Assembly (NCBI RefSeq): GCF_000284455.1
Contig: NC_017039.1
Span: 2,460,001 to 2,492,000 of the forward strand
From: Synechocystis sp. PCC 6803 substr. PCC-P
GTDB lineage: Bacteria; Cyanobacteriota; Cyanobacteriia; Cyanobacteriales; Microcystaceae
DNA: 32,000 nt
Reading direction: 5' to 3'
Positions 21,469-31,403 of this stretch are shown in pieces. A model generated the notes under the pieces. That model did no database searches and had not been told where the DNA came from. It saw only the letters and a program-made list of their open reading frames with translations. The first letter of the stretch is position 1. The number at the start of each line of letters is the position of its first letter. The translations under genes and the position numbers were made by a program.

Positions 21469-22653
21469 ATGCGTATATTTATTAGCACGGGGGAAGTTTC
21501 CGGAGATTTGCAAGGATCTCTGCTGGTCGGAGCATTAAGACAGCAAGCTGAAGAGCAAAACTTAGAATTGGAACTGGTGGGTTTGGGGGGAGAAAAAATG
21601 GCCGCTGCCGGTCTGACGTTGCTGGCCAATACGGCGGCGATCGGCTCTGTGGGCTTGACGGAGTCCCTGCGGTTTATTATTCCCACTTGGCAGATTCAAC
21701 AACGGGTTAAACGTTATTTAAAAACTAATCCCATTGATTTGTTAGTCTTGATTGATTACATGGGACCCAATTTAACCATTGCTAATTATTTACGGAAAAC
21801 CTATCCCAATCTGCCAATTTTGTACTATATCGCCCCCCAGGCCTGGGTGTGGTCCCCCACGAAAAGGGAAACGGCCCAGATTATGGCGGTAACCGATCGC
21901 CTGTTGGCCATTTTTCCAGGGGAAGCGGAATTTTTCCAAAAACAAGGTTTGGATGTGACCTGGGTGGGCCATCCCTTGTTAGACCGCATTACCAAGGAGG
22001 CCCCCAGTCGAGGGTCAGCCCGTGAAAAGTTAGGCATTGACCATAACGAAACGGTAATTACCCTCCTACCCGCTTCCCGCATTCAGGAACTGCGTTACCT
22101 GTTGCCGTCCATTTGTGGTGCCGCCCAACAATTGCAGAGCCAATTACCCAATGTAAAACTGCTGTTGCCCGTTTCCCTTAAGGATTATCAACCTCAAATC
22201 GAACAAACCCTCAAGGAATTTAATCTCACGGTGCAACTGTTGGAAGGGAAAGAAACGCTGACGGCGATCGCCGCGGCTGATTTGGCCATCACCAAGTCGG
22301 GAACGGTGAATCTGGAAATTGCTTTACTAAATGTGCCCCAGGTTATCCTTTATCGGGTTAGTCCTTTGACCATGGCGATCGCCAGACGGATTTTTAAATT
22401 TAATCTACCCTTCGTTTCCCCTACCAACATTGTGCTCAACCGGGGCATTATGCCGGAACTACTCCAGGAACAGGCCACCGCCAGCAACATTGCCCAAGCT
22501 GGATTGGAATTGCTTCTAAACGGCGATCGCCAAGCAAAAATTGCCCAGGATTACCAAGAATTAAGGGAAGCATTAGGGGAACCGGGGGTATGTGAGCGAG
22601 CCGCCCAGGCTGTCTTGGAGTTTGCCAATGGGCAACAAAAAAGCAGGGCTTAA
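21469..22653 (+). CDS. lpxB: Lipid-A-disaccharide synthase
   Basis: 394-aa ORF with MRIFISTGEVSGDLQGSLLVGAL, LVLIDYMGPNLTIA, YYIAPQAWVWSP, FPGEAEFFQKQGLDVTWVGHPLLD, LPASRIQEL and VNIVLNRGIMPELLQE-like motifs. Confidence 0.95.
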   Translation: MRIFISTGEVSGDLQGSLLVGALRQQAEEQNLELELVGLGGEKMAAAGLTLLANTAAIGSVGLTESLRFIIPTWQIQQRVKRYLKTNPIDLLVLIDYMGPNLTIANYLRKTYPNLPILYYIAPQAWVWSPTKRETAQIMAVTDRLLAIFPGEAEFFQKQGLDVTWVGHPLLDRITKEAPSRGSAREKLGIDHNETVITLLPASRIQELRYLLPSICGAAQQLQSQLPNVKLLLPVSLKDYQPQIEQTLKEFNLTVQLLEGKETLTAIAAADLAITKSGTVNLEIALLNVPQVILYRVSPLTMAIARRIFKFNLPFVSPTNIVLNRGIMPELLQEQATASNIAQAGLELLLNGDRQAKIAQDYQELREALGEPGVCERAAQAVLEFANGQQKSRA

Positions 22654-22715
22654 ACCCTGCCGTGGACAATTATGAAACTATCAAACTCACTAGCCCATGG
22701 CCAGCATTATTACCC

Positions 22716-23009
22716 TTAGTAGAGGTCTTCTTCTTTGTGGGTTTCAATGGTGCAATCGGAGGTGGGATAAGCTACACAGGTCAAAACATAACCAGCTTCA
22801 ATTTGGTCATCATCCAAGAAAGACTGATCGGATTGGTCAACACTACCAGCGGTGATCTTACCGGCACAGGTGGAGCAAGCCCCAGCACGGCAGGAATAGG
22901 GCAGGTCTAGGCCAGCTTCTTCCGCAGCATCGAGGATATAGGTATCGTCAGAGCATTCGATGGAACTTTCACCATCGGGGGTGATCAATTTAACGGTATA
23001 GGATGCCAT
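22716..23009 (-). CDS. petF: Plant-type [2Fe-2S] ferredoxin I
   Basis: 97-aa ORF: [97 protein letters not shown]. It has all four cluster-binding cysteines. Confidence 0.99.
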   Translation of the reverse strand: MASYTVKLITPDGESSIECSDDTYILDAAEEAGLDLPYSCRAGACSTCAGKITAGSVDQSDQSFLDDDQIEAGYVLTCVAYPTSDCTIETHKEEDLY

Positions 23010-23471
23010 AGATGTTTCCTCTTCTCAAAAAAACAGTAGAGAGATTGCCTCATGAAGCCTCCATCGGGACAACTATATCCAGATCGAGCTACTTCAAAAA
23101 ACTTAACTGTTCTGATACTACGGGAAAATCTTGAATTGACAAGGAAGCATTAGCAATGAAATGGCTAGGCCTTAATCGGATAACCTTTACTTATGTTTTT
23201 GCCCAGAGTGTTTTTGCCCCTCGGCCTGGCAATTATAAAATTAAGGAAAGGCTAGAACCCTAGGAATTAAGGGAGTTTTAAGGACCGGGAGGGCAAAGAT
23301 GGAAAGAATTAATCTTCCTCGGGTTTGACGATAAGATTGTCTAATCATTGCTGAAAATACCCCTCCGAACCCGGGCTGCAGCGGTGCCCCAACAAAATGG
23401 CAAAATAGACGGCAATGGCCAGTGGTTCCATGAAAAAATTTCCCCTTGCCCTCTGAGCAAAGCTTAAATGT

Positions 23472-24020
23472 ATGTATGACGACGACCAGCGCCGCGATCG
23501 CCGCTTACCCCTGGCCCCATTGGAACGGCGAGGCTATGGCTACCTGTTGGATTTTGTCGTGATTTGGTTATTCAGCAGTTTAGCTACGGGTTGGGTCCAG
23601 CTACTAATTTTTTTGGTTGGTTGGTTTGCCCTGAGGGTAGTTTTAGTGTCCGCTAACCAGGGGCAAAGTTTGGGGGGCTGGGCTTTCGACACTAGGGTGG
23701 TACACCTGAAAATGAAACGTTTACCGGGCATTTTGGAACTGAGTCAACGGGAAGGTATTTTGGGGGCTGCCTCCTACCTAGCCATGGTGGGTTTAAACAT
23801 CAACTTTGCCAATGGGGTAAGTTTTTTGCTTTTGGTGGCTCCCCTGTTTGGAGATTTAATCTGGGCGATCGCCGAGGATGGTCTGGGACAAGCGTTCCAT
23901 GACCGGGTTGCCGGGACAGTAGTGTTGAGCAGTCGGCGTGGTTTTTCCCTCGATCTGAGGCTAAAAAAGTTTTGGTTTGACCTGAAAAAACAATGGGACA
24001 ATCGACAAAGAAGACGGTAA
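23472..24020 (+). CDS. RDD-family membrane protein
   Basis: 182-aa ORF: PLERRGYGYLLDFVVIWLFSSLATGWVQ...QSLGGWAFDTRVV...LFGDLIWAIAEDGLGQAFHDRVAGTVVLSSRRGFSLD, an RDD-type arrangement with multiple hydrophobic segments. Confidence 0.8.
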   Translation: MYDDDQRRDRRLPLAPLERRGYGYLLDFVVIWLFSSLATGWVQLLIFLVGWFALRVVLVSANQGQSLGGWAFDTRVVHLKMKRLPGILELSQREGILGAASYLAMVGLNINFANGVSFLLLVAPLFGDLIWAIAEDGLGQAFHDRVAGTVVLSSRRGFSLDLRLKKFWFDLKKQWDNRQRRR

Positions 24021-24432
24021 GTACGGTAAGTAATTCATCGGGAGTAGACTTCAGAAATCATCACCATGAAATGCTGAAATGTCCTGAACGGCCACAGATG
24101 GGAACTTTTGGCACTTCCAGCCCCATCTATAGGCCCAGCTTGGCGGTCCGTATCTGGCCGATTTGTAAACTGAATGTTACAAATTGACTTATCCGTTATA
24201 GGATGTTAAGCATAATTGCCTAGACAATGGGTTTTAACAGTTATTGCTGCACAAGCCCATCGAATGCTAAAAACACATTGGTTAATGAACATAATTTGTT
24301 GATCTTGTCTGGGTTGTCCTGGGATGGACGTTGGTGGAATCTAAGCAACAATGGGTTGACAATTCTCCCGATGACTAAACCAAAGGACTGGTGTTAACTT
24401 TTGTCCCCTTTTGTTGGAGGTTGTGAAAACCC

Positions 24433-25749
24433 GTGCTTCAAGTTGCTACTCCTACCGCTACCGAAGAAACCCAGACGGTCATTGAAATTGAAGGCCGGGC
24501 CTCCCTAAAAGGGGAAGTTCGCATCAGTGGGGCTAAAAATTCCGCTTTGGCCATCATGGCCGGCACCATCCTTTGTTCCGACGACTGTCGTCTTAGTAAT
24601 CTGCCCGCTCTGGCGGATATTGACAAAATGTGCCAAATTTTGGCGGCCATTGGGGTCAATCTAGAACGGGATGGCGATCGCCTCGTAGTGGATTCCAGTA
24701 ATGTGGGCCATGGCCCTGCCCCCTATGAGTTAGTGTCCCAACTGCGGGCTAGCTTTTTCGTCATTGGCCCTTTACTGTCCCGTTTAGGCATGACCAAAGT
24801 ACCCCTGCCTGGGGGATGCGCCATTGGGACTCGGCCCGTTGATCTCCATGTGCGGGGTTTGCAGGCCATGGGAGCAGACGTTCACATCGAGCATGGGGTA
24901 GTCAATGCCAGCATCAAGGGCCACAGCCGTCGTTTGACCGGAGCTAAAATTTATCTGGATTATCCCAGCGTAGGGGCCACGGAAACTATCCTCATGGCCG
25001 CCACCCTAGCGGAAGGAGAAACAGTAATTGATAACGCCGCCCGGGAACCGGAAATTGTTGATTTGGCCAACTTCTGCCGTTCCATGGGAGCCCAAATCCG
25101 GGGGGATGGTTCTAGCCGCATTATTATCAACGGGGTGGAAAAACTCCACAGCACCGACTTTCCCATTATTCCTGATCGCATTGAGGCCGCTACGTTCCTC
25201 TGTGCCGGGGCCATCACCCATTCCGAAATTAGTCTTTTCCCTGTGGTGCCAGATCACCTCGCCTCCGCCATTGCCAAGTTGCGGGAAATTGGCCCCGAAG
25301 TGGCGATCGATGCCCCGGATCGGGTGCGTTTGATTCCCCGGGATCTGCGGGGGACAGATATCGAAACTTTGCCTTACCCCGGTTTTCCCACCGATATGCA
25401 AGCCCAATTCATGGCCCTGTTGGCAGTGAGTGAGGGTAATAGCGTAGTCACGGAAACCGTATTTGAAAACCGTCTCCAGCACGTAGCGGAGTTACAGCGG
25501 ATGGGGGCCAACATTAAGCTCAAAGGTAATGCCGCCTTTATCCAAGGAGTGCCTTTCCTTTCCGGTGCGCCGGTCATGTCCACGGATTTACGAGCTTCGG
25601 CGGCCCTGGTAATTGCGGGGTTAGCGGCGGAAGGCAAAACCATTGTCCAAGGTCTGCGCCATTTAGACCGGGGTTATGAGGACATTGAAGGCAAACTGCG
25701 CAAACTGGGGGCTAAGTTAACCAGGATTGAACAGCCCGTCACTCTTTAA
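24433..25749 (+). CDS. murA: UDP-N-acetylglucosamine 1-carboxyvinyltransferase
   Basis: 438-aa ORF with GTG start. [91 protein letters not shown] and [17 protein letters not shown]. Confidence 0.97.
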   Translation: MLQVATPTATEETQTVIEIEGRASLKGEVRISGAKNSALAIMAGTILCSDDCRLSNLPALADIDKMCQILAAIGVNLERDGDRLVVDSSNVGHGPAPYELVSQLRASFFVIGPLLSRLGMTKVPLPGGCAIGTRPVDLHVRGLQAMGADVHIEHGVVNASIKGHSRRLTGAKIYLDYPSVGATETILMAATLAEGETVIDNAAREPEIVDLANFCRSMGAQIRGDGSSRIIINGVEKLHSTDFPIIPDRIEAATFLCAGAITHSEISLFPVVPDHLASAIAKLREIGPEVAIDAPDRVRLIPRDLRGTDIETLPYPGFPTDMQAQFMALLAVSEGNSVVTETVFENRLQHVAELQRMGANIKLKGNAAFIQGVPFLSGAPVMSTDLRASAALVIAGLAAEGKTIVQGLRHLDRGYEDIEGKLRKLGAKLTRIEQPVTL

Positions 25750-25853
25750 AAATTCCGTTGATTTGATTGGGGGACTAATGGGCGATCGCCTGTTAGTCTT
25801 TTTTCTTGACTGTTGATAATGCCTTTGCCACCGGAGTATTTGCAAATTTTGCC

Positions 25854-27254
25854 ATGGTAAATTCCCACCGCCTTGAAACCGACAGTATGGGGTCCCTGGA
25901 AGTCCAAGCCGATCGCCTGTGGGGAGCGCAAACCCAACGTTCCCTGATGTTTTTTGACATTGGTAGCGATGTGATGCCGCCGGATTTAATTCGGGCCTTT
26001 GCCATACTCAAAAAGGCAGCCGCCATTACCAATCAGGATTTGGGTAAATTACCAGCGGACAAGGCAGAGTTAATCATTACGGCAGCGGACGAAATCATTG
26101 CCGGGCAGTGGTTAGACCATTTCCCTCTAAGGATTTGGCAAACGGGCAGTGGCACTCAAACCAACATGAACGTGAACGAAGTGATTGCCAATCGGGCGAT
26201 CGCCATTTGTGGGGGAGAATTGGGCAGTAAAAATCCCATCCATCCCAATGACCACGTCAACATGTCCCAGTCGTCTAACGATACTTTTCCTACGGCGATG
26301 CACATTGCGGCGGTGGCAGGTTTACAAACCAAGTTGATTCCCAGTTTGCAAGCTCTGAGAGATAGCCTGAATGAAAAAGCGGAATGTTTTGCAGGCATCA
26401 CTAAAATTGGCCGCACCCATTTGATGGACGCAGTGCCCCTAACGTTAGGGCAGGAATTTTCCGGTTACGTGGCCCAGTTAGACCAAGGGCTGACCCAAAT
26501 TAATTATTGTTTACCCGGTCTTTTGGAATTGGCCCTGGGGGGAACGGCGGTGGGTACAGGGTTAAATAGTCATCCCCAATTTGCTAAAAAAGTGGCCGAA
26601 GAAATTGCCCAGTTAACTGGTTATACCTTCATTTCTGCCCCCAACAAATTCGCCGCCCTAGCTGGCCACGAGGCGATCGCCTTTGCCAGTGGCGTGCTGA
26701 AAAGTATTGCCGCTTCCCTGATGAAAATTGCCAATGATTTGCGCTGGATGGGGTCTGGGCCCCGCTGCGGCTTGGGGGAATTAGCCTTACCAGCCAATGA
26801 ACCAGGTTCTTCGATCATGCCCGGGAAAGTAAACCCCACCCAATGCGAAGCCATGACCATGGTTTGTGTGCAGGTAATGGGGAACGATGCCACCATTGGT
26901 TTTGCGGCCAGCCAAGGTAATTTTGAGCTCAATGTTTTTAAGCCAGTGATTATTCATAATTTCCTCCATTCGTTACATTTACTCAGCGATGCTTGTGCTA
27001 GTTTTCGCCAACATTTAGTGGTGGGATTACAAGTAAACGAAAGCAAGGTTAAAGACTTTTTGGACACCTCTTTAATGTTAGTCACCGCCCTCAATCCCCA
27101 CATTGGCTACGACAATGCGGCCCTCGTGGCTAAAACTGCCTTTGCCCAAGGCATTACCCTCAAACAAGCCGCGGTGGATTTAGGTTTACTCACCCCAGCC
27201 CAGTTCGACGCTTGGGTCGTTCCAGAGCAGATGATTGCCCCGATTGCTGACTAG
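25854..27254 (+). CDS. fumC: Fumarate hydratase class II
   Basis: [61 protein letters not shown]-like, [23 protein letters not shown] and [19 protein letters not shown] 25854 is the likely start; the track uses 25806 in the same frame. Confidence 0.96.
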
Positions 27255-27297
27255 AAATTTTGCAAAAAAACGTAAAATATTGGCATTTATTAATAGA

Positions 27298-27755
27298 ATG
27301 GGGCAGGACTTACGCAAAAGAAAACTTAAGAGCAGGGGAACGAAGCTGTTGATGCAGGAAATCAGACCATGGTTGATGGGATATTTCGTAGACTGTCAAT
27401 GGGCTATTAACCGCTTGACGACGAAGAAAATTCCAGACCTGTAAGGCACAGTGAATATGATTACGTTGAATGGGTCCCTTGCGACATTGACAGGCTTCTA
27501 CACCAGTCAACTGCTTTAGTTCACGATGAAAATGCTCAATCTTCCAGCGCACCCGACACTCCTCTCGTGTCGCCTGAGTCGAATCTTGAGATAAGTAATT
27601 AGTCACGACGAATTCCGTCCGGTGTGGTGACACCGTAACTCGGAACAGTTTCACTTTTTTGTGAGCCGGAAAGCCTCGAATTTTAATCACTTTCCCTTGC
27701 TGTATTTCGGATGCATCCCATAGCAGTGCATCTACCCGTTGGTATGGAGAAGTGC
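27298..27755 (-). mobile_element. Truncated IS remnant (IS4-like group), retaining one terminus
   Basis: Left edge GGGGCAGGACTTACGCAAAAG resembles a common cyanobacterial IS terminus. Inside is the C-terminal part of a DDE transposase. No matching second terminus was found; homology appears to end near 27755, where an unrelated coding fragment on the other strand begins. Confidence 0.7.
27310..27690 (-). pseudogene. C-terminal fragment of a transposase
   Basis: MIKIRGFPAHKKVKLFRVTVSPHRTEFVVTNYLSQDSTQATREECRVRWKIEHFHRELKQLTGVEACQCRKGPIQRNHIHCALQVW. Reading in the same frame further upstream gives YQRVDALLWDASEIQQGKVIKIRGF, so homology extends to about 27745 without its N-terminal two thirds. 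Confidence 0.85.
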
Positions 27756-27842
27756 AGTAACCTCTTCAGCTTTGAAGACATAGTGGGGGGCGGCGACCTG
27801 GATTACAACGATGTAATTTTGGAATTTTTCCCGGTCATCTAG
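27756..27842 (+). pseudogene. C-terminal scrap of a DUF4114-like protein
   Basis: In-frame plus-strand reading: NLFSFEDIVGGGDLDYNDVILEFFPVI followed by TAG (27840-27842). The F-E-D-x-x-G-G-G-D-x-D-Y/F-N-D motif is characteristic of DUF4114-type C-terminal domains as I recall them. Not in the ORF track. Confidence 0.6.
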
Positions 27843-27882
27843 GCGAAGTTCCCCTAATGTTTTACGATGGTGAAAGCTTTGC

Positions 27883-27953
27883 GCGGGTATAGTTTAGTGG
27901 TAAAACGAAAGCCTCCCATGCTTTAGTTGGGGGTTCGATTCCCCCTACCCGCT
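27883..27953 (+). tRNA. tRNA-Gly (anticodon CCC)
   Basis: GCGGGTA/TACCCGC acceptor stem (7/7 pairs), D-arm AGTTTAGTGGTAAAAC, anticodon arm AAAGC-CTCCCAT-GCTTT with CCC in the centre, and T-arm GGGGGTTCGATTCCCCC. Confidence 0.96.
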
Positions 27954-28151
27954 TTGTTTCTTGACAAAATTTTAATCGAAGCCCAAGATTTTTTCGGCAG
28001 CGTTATTGCCAAGCAGTCCGCGACTTGAGGTTCTGCTTAGACCGGAGCTTTTCAGCCCAAGGTGACTAGGCTAGCATTTCTCCTTTTGCGGCGATCGCCT
28101 TCTATGCGAATTTGTTTGGCAGACTTTGCTGACAGGTCCTAATCTAGGTCA

Positions 28152-30830
28152 ATGGTGTTTCGATTCCCCTCGCCAGTACTAGTAATTATTTTGGCTAACT
28201 GCCTGATGACCGTCGTCGGGCTAATCCTACCCCAGTCAGCTAGAACAGAAACTTTTAGTGCTGATTTTCCCCCTCCCGATTCTGCCTTGGATTTGTTGCT
28301 GGGACAGGAAACTCCCTTAATGGAAACGACAATTCCAGAGCCGGAACAAGGGCAGGAGGATAACCAAAGCGCCCCGCCCTCTGAGCCAACACCGGGCAAT
28401 TTGGGTAATGAAGACGATTTATTTGAGCGGGTATTCGGTCGGCCCCGCCCCACGGGGGTACAGCGTTTGGTGGCGCCCTTTTTCATCAACGATTTGCAAC
28501 AGGGTCAAATTGTAGTGTTTGTTTCCCTGGGAGGGGGTAGTAGCCTACAAATCACCGCTTCCACTTTGTTGTTGAAAATGGAAGAATATGCCCGACCTGA
28601 TATACAGACTAGATTGGCCGATTTGGTGGACGACAGCGGTAATTTAACCTTGGCGGCTCTGCAAAGTGTGGGTCTAGATGCCACATTTAATGACCAGTTG
28701 TTGGAACTGAGGATTATTATTCCCCCCAATCTCCGCAAAACCATTGTCTATGGCTCCGGTAATTTACAACTTCCCCCAGGGGCCGCCACAGCCCTACGTC
28801 CCAGTAACTTCAGTGGTTTTATCAACTTAATTGGGACCCAACCCTATGCCTGGGATGGCACTGGTGATTTGGGCCGCCAAGCCCTGAATTTGGGTGTAGA
28901 AGGGGCCCTTAATTATCAGGGCTGGGTGCTAGAGGGTAGTGCTAGTTTTGCTGAGCAAAGCAACAATCCCTGGACCCGCTCTGACATTCGCTTGGTAAAG
29001 GATGATCCAGATAATGCGGTTCGCTATGTTCTTGGTGATCTGTTTAGCACCGCCCGCAGTTATCAGTCCTTTGTGCCCATGGTGGGATTTGCGATGTTTC
29101 GCAATTTCTCCCTCCAGCCCTATTTGACCACTAGGCCCACAGGGCAGTTTGAATTTCTGTTGGAAAGCCCTGCTAGGGTGGAAATTTTTGTCAATGGACT
29201 ATTGCGGCAAACTCTCCAATTGCCAGCGGGGCCCCAGGATATTCGTAATTTTGGTCTGAATACGGGGCTTAATAATGTGACGGTGAAAATCATCGACAGT
29301 GCGGGGCGGGTGGAGGAACTATCTTTTTCGGCTCCCTTAGCGACGGATCTATTGGCGGTGGGTTTGAATCAGTTTGGCTTGGGGGTGGGGGTTCCGGCCT
29401 ACACCACCAATGGGGTGCGTAGCTATGACACTTCCCGACCCATTATTGGCGGCTTTTACCGCCAGGGTATTACGTCCACCCTCACCCTAGGAGGTTATCT
29501 ACAGGCGGCAGGTTCCCAGCAGTTGATTGGCACCGAAGGCACCTTGGCCACTTCCGTGGGTAACTTTGGTTGGGATGCGGCCCTGGAAAATGATGGCAAC
29601 GGTTTAGACCATGCTTTCCGACTGCGGTATCAATTTTTGGCCCTAGGAGGTAACCAGGCCCAACTACCTAACTTTGGTTTGGAAGTGGAATATTTGGGCC
29701 CTTATTTTCAGCGCTTTGGTAGTTTTCCCATCGGCTTTACTGCGGAACCATTGGATTTTTTTGGCACCACTACTAATAATGTTTCTTGGTCTTTTGGGGC
29801 TAATTATAGTCAAACTCTAATCGATGGTTTGGGAATTAACCTCGGTTTGGGTTATCAGCTTGGTAGTTTTGGCCAGCCCAATGCCTACCGAGCGGCGATC
29901 GGTTTTACCACTAATCTGGGAAGGGGTTTACAGGCTAATTTGACCCTGAACAATCGCTTAGACCAATCCGGGCGGGCAGAAACTCAAGTATTATTCAACT
30001 TTTTGCAAACTTCCCAGTTCCAATCCCTCACAGCCCGCAGTAATCTGAGCAGTCAACGGGAGCAGGCTAGCACGCTCACTTGGACATCCCGTAGTCCTGC
30101 CCAATATAACAGCGTCAATACCTCCGTTAACCTCAGCAATAATCCCAATCCCGGCTATTTTGGTACTGGCTTAGGGCTGACTTACCGGGGCTTTCTGGGG
30201 GATATTAATCTCAACCATGATTATGATCAGGCTAGCCATCGCACTAACTTAAATTTTGGTACGGCCTTAGTTTATGCTGATGGGCGTTTTGGCTGGAGCC
30301 GACCAGTACGGGATAGTTTTGTGATTTTTAGCCGTAACCCTAATTTTGCGGATCAATTAGTATTAATTAATCCTGGTTTGTATGGTCCTGTGGCGGAAGC
30401 TAATGATGTCGGCCCTGGGGTAGTGCCGGATCTAAGCTCCTATACTTTGACCACTATGCGGGTAGATGCTCCTAATATGCCCCTTGGCTATGACTTGGGC
30501 AATGCGGTATTTAATCTTTTACCGAGCTATAAAAGTGGTACTTTAATCACAGTGGGTACGGAATCCACCGTATTTTTACGGGGGACGTTGGTAGATAAAG
30601 CAGGGAACCCGATTGCGCTTCAAGTCGGGCAAGTTAGGTCTTTGTCTGATCCCAGTTGGTCGCCGTTGGAGTTATTCACTAATCGAGCGGGACGATTTGC
30701 GTTGACAGGACTGGGACCAGGGAAGTATGAATTGCAATTATTCGGTGATCCTCCCCGGGCCATTCGCTTTGAAATTCCGGCGGATAAAACTGGTATTTAC
30801 GACATTGGAACTGTGACAATAGGCGGTTAA
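28152..30830 (+). CDS. Large usher-like (PapC/FimD-related) outer-membrane protein with C-terminal carboxypeptidase-regulatory-like domain
   Basis: 892-aa ORF. LLESPARVEIFVNGLLRQTLQLPAGPQDIRNFGLNTGLNNVTVKIIDSAGRVEELSFSAPLATDLLAVGLNQFGLGVG closely follows the usher plug/barrel-entry pattern, followed by barrel-like Gly/aromatic repeats. C-terminus FLRGTLVDKAGNPIALQVGQVRSL...LFTNRAGRFALTGLGPGKYELQLFG is a carboxypeptidase-regulatory-like fold. Confidence 0.8.
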   Translation: MVFRFPSPVLVIILANCLMTVVGLILPQSARTETFSADFPPPDSALDLLLGQETPLMETTIPEPEQGQEDNQSAPPSEPTPGNLGNEDDLFERVFGRPRPTGVQRLVAPFFINDLQQGQIVVFVSLGGGSSLQITASTLLLKMEEYARPDIQTRLADLVDDSGNLTLAALQSVGLDATFNDQLLELRIIIPPNLRKTIVYGSGNLQLPPGAATALRPSNFSGFINLIGTQPYAWDGTGDLGRQALNLGVEGALNYQGWVLEGSASFAEQSNNPWTRSDIRLVKDDPDNAVRYVLGDLFSTARSYQSFVPMVGFAMFRNFSLQPYLTTRPTGQFEFLLESPARVEIFVNGLLRQTLQLPAGPQDIRNFGLNTGLNNVTVKIIDSAGRVEELSFSAPLATDLLAVGLNQFGLGVGVPAYTTNGVRSYDTSRPIIGGFYRQGITSTLTLGGYLQAAGSQQLIGTEGTLATSVGNFGWDAALENDGNGLDHAFRLRYQFLALGGNQAQLPNFGLEVEYLGPYFQRFGSFPIGFTAEPLDFFGTTTNNVSWSFGANYSQTLIDGLGINLGLGYQLGSFGQPNAYRAAIGFTTNLGRGLQANLTLNNRLDQSGRAETQVLFNFLQTSQFQSLTARSNLSSQREQASTLTWTSRSPAQYNSVNTSVNLSNNPNPGYFGTGLGLTYRGFLGDINLNHDYDQASHRTNLNFGTALVYADGRFGWSRPVRDSFVIFSRNPNFADQLVLINPGLYGPVAEANDVGPGVVPDLSSYTLTTMRVDAPNMPLGYDLGNAVFNLLPSYKSGTLITVGTESTVFLRGTLVDKAGNPIALQVGQVRSLSDPSWSPLELFTNRAGRFALTGLGPGKYELQLFGDPPRAIRFEIPADKTGIYDIGTVTIGG

Positions 30831-30858
30831 AAGATTAATGAAATTAATAGTATTTGTC

Positions 30859-31368
30859 TTAGTAATCAGTTTTAATCCCAATGACACCATTGTTGTGGTC
30901 AATCTTAAATTCATTACCATATGCATCTAGATGGAAAAGATCTAAGCCTAAACCAGGTTGACCCTTTAAAAAGTAATCGTTAGCTTCTGCTCCACCAATG
31001 TCAAGCCAACCATTAATAGTTTTATTAATAGGGTCAAATCGGAATTGCAAAAAATTATTCTCCCTTGCCTGACTATTATTGACATTGTCGTAATTTGCTA
31101 TAGTTCGACCTTTGCTATCAATAACTTGCACGGTCAATTCAGTTAAATTTTGAAGTGTTTGCAGTCCTACTACTTGTACGATTTTCGTTGAATTGTCTCT
31201 AAATTCATCTGGGTAAACCACCCGGGCTCGAACTTGATATTCGCCATCTCCTTGCCATAGCAGAGTTACTTCCCCGGCGATCGCCTGGGCGGAAAAACCG
31301 ACGAAAGCAGTGAGTACAAAAATAAAAACTAAAAATAATTTAACCAATTGATGAAATATTGACACCAT
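30859..31368 (-). CDS. Hypothetical secreted protein
   Basis: The track ORF extends to 31419, but the signal peptide MVSIFHQLVKLFLVFIFVLTAFVGFSAQAIAG begins at ATG 31368. The mature part is predicted to be soluble; no family recognised. Confidence 0.7.
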   Translation of the reverse strand: MVSIFHQLVKLFLVFIFVLTAFVGFSAQAIAGEVTLLWQGDGEYQVRARVVYPDEFRDNSTKIVQVVGLQTLQNLTELTVQVIDSKGRTIANYDNVNNSQARENNFLQFRFDPINKTINGWLDIGGAEANDYFLKGQPGLGLDLFHLDAYGNEFKIDHNNGVIGIKTDY

Positions 31369-31403
31369 TATTGTTGCTTTAAAACTCAAACAGTTTGGGT
31401 ATG

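Noticed and set aside
25006-25482. 158-aa ORF antisense to murA
   Set aside because: It is fully inside murA on the opposite strand, with a low-complexity His/Gly/Phe-rich product and no domain.
27711-27755. In-frame extension of the DUF4114-like fragment upstream (MHPIAVHLPVGMEKCS)
   Set aside because: On the opposite strand this stretch reads as transposase (YQRVDALLWDASEIQQGK), so the plus-strand reading here is probably an accidental open frame.
27883-27953. tRNA-Gly as an integration site for a genomic island carrying the usher-like gene
   Set aside because: No integrase was found, and I saw no second copy of the tRNA 3' end (GGGTTCGATTCCCCCTACCCGC) in the window. The downstream genes have HIP1 sites like the host genome.
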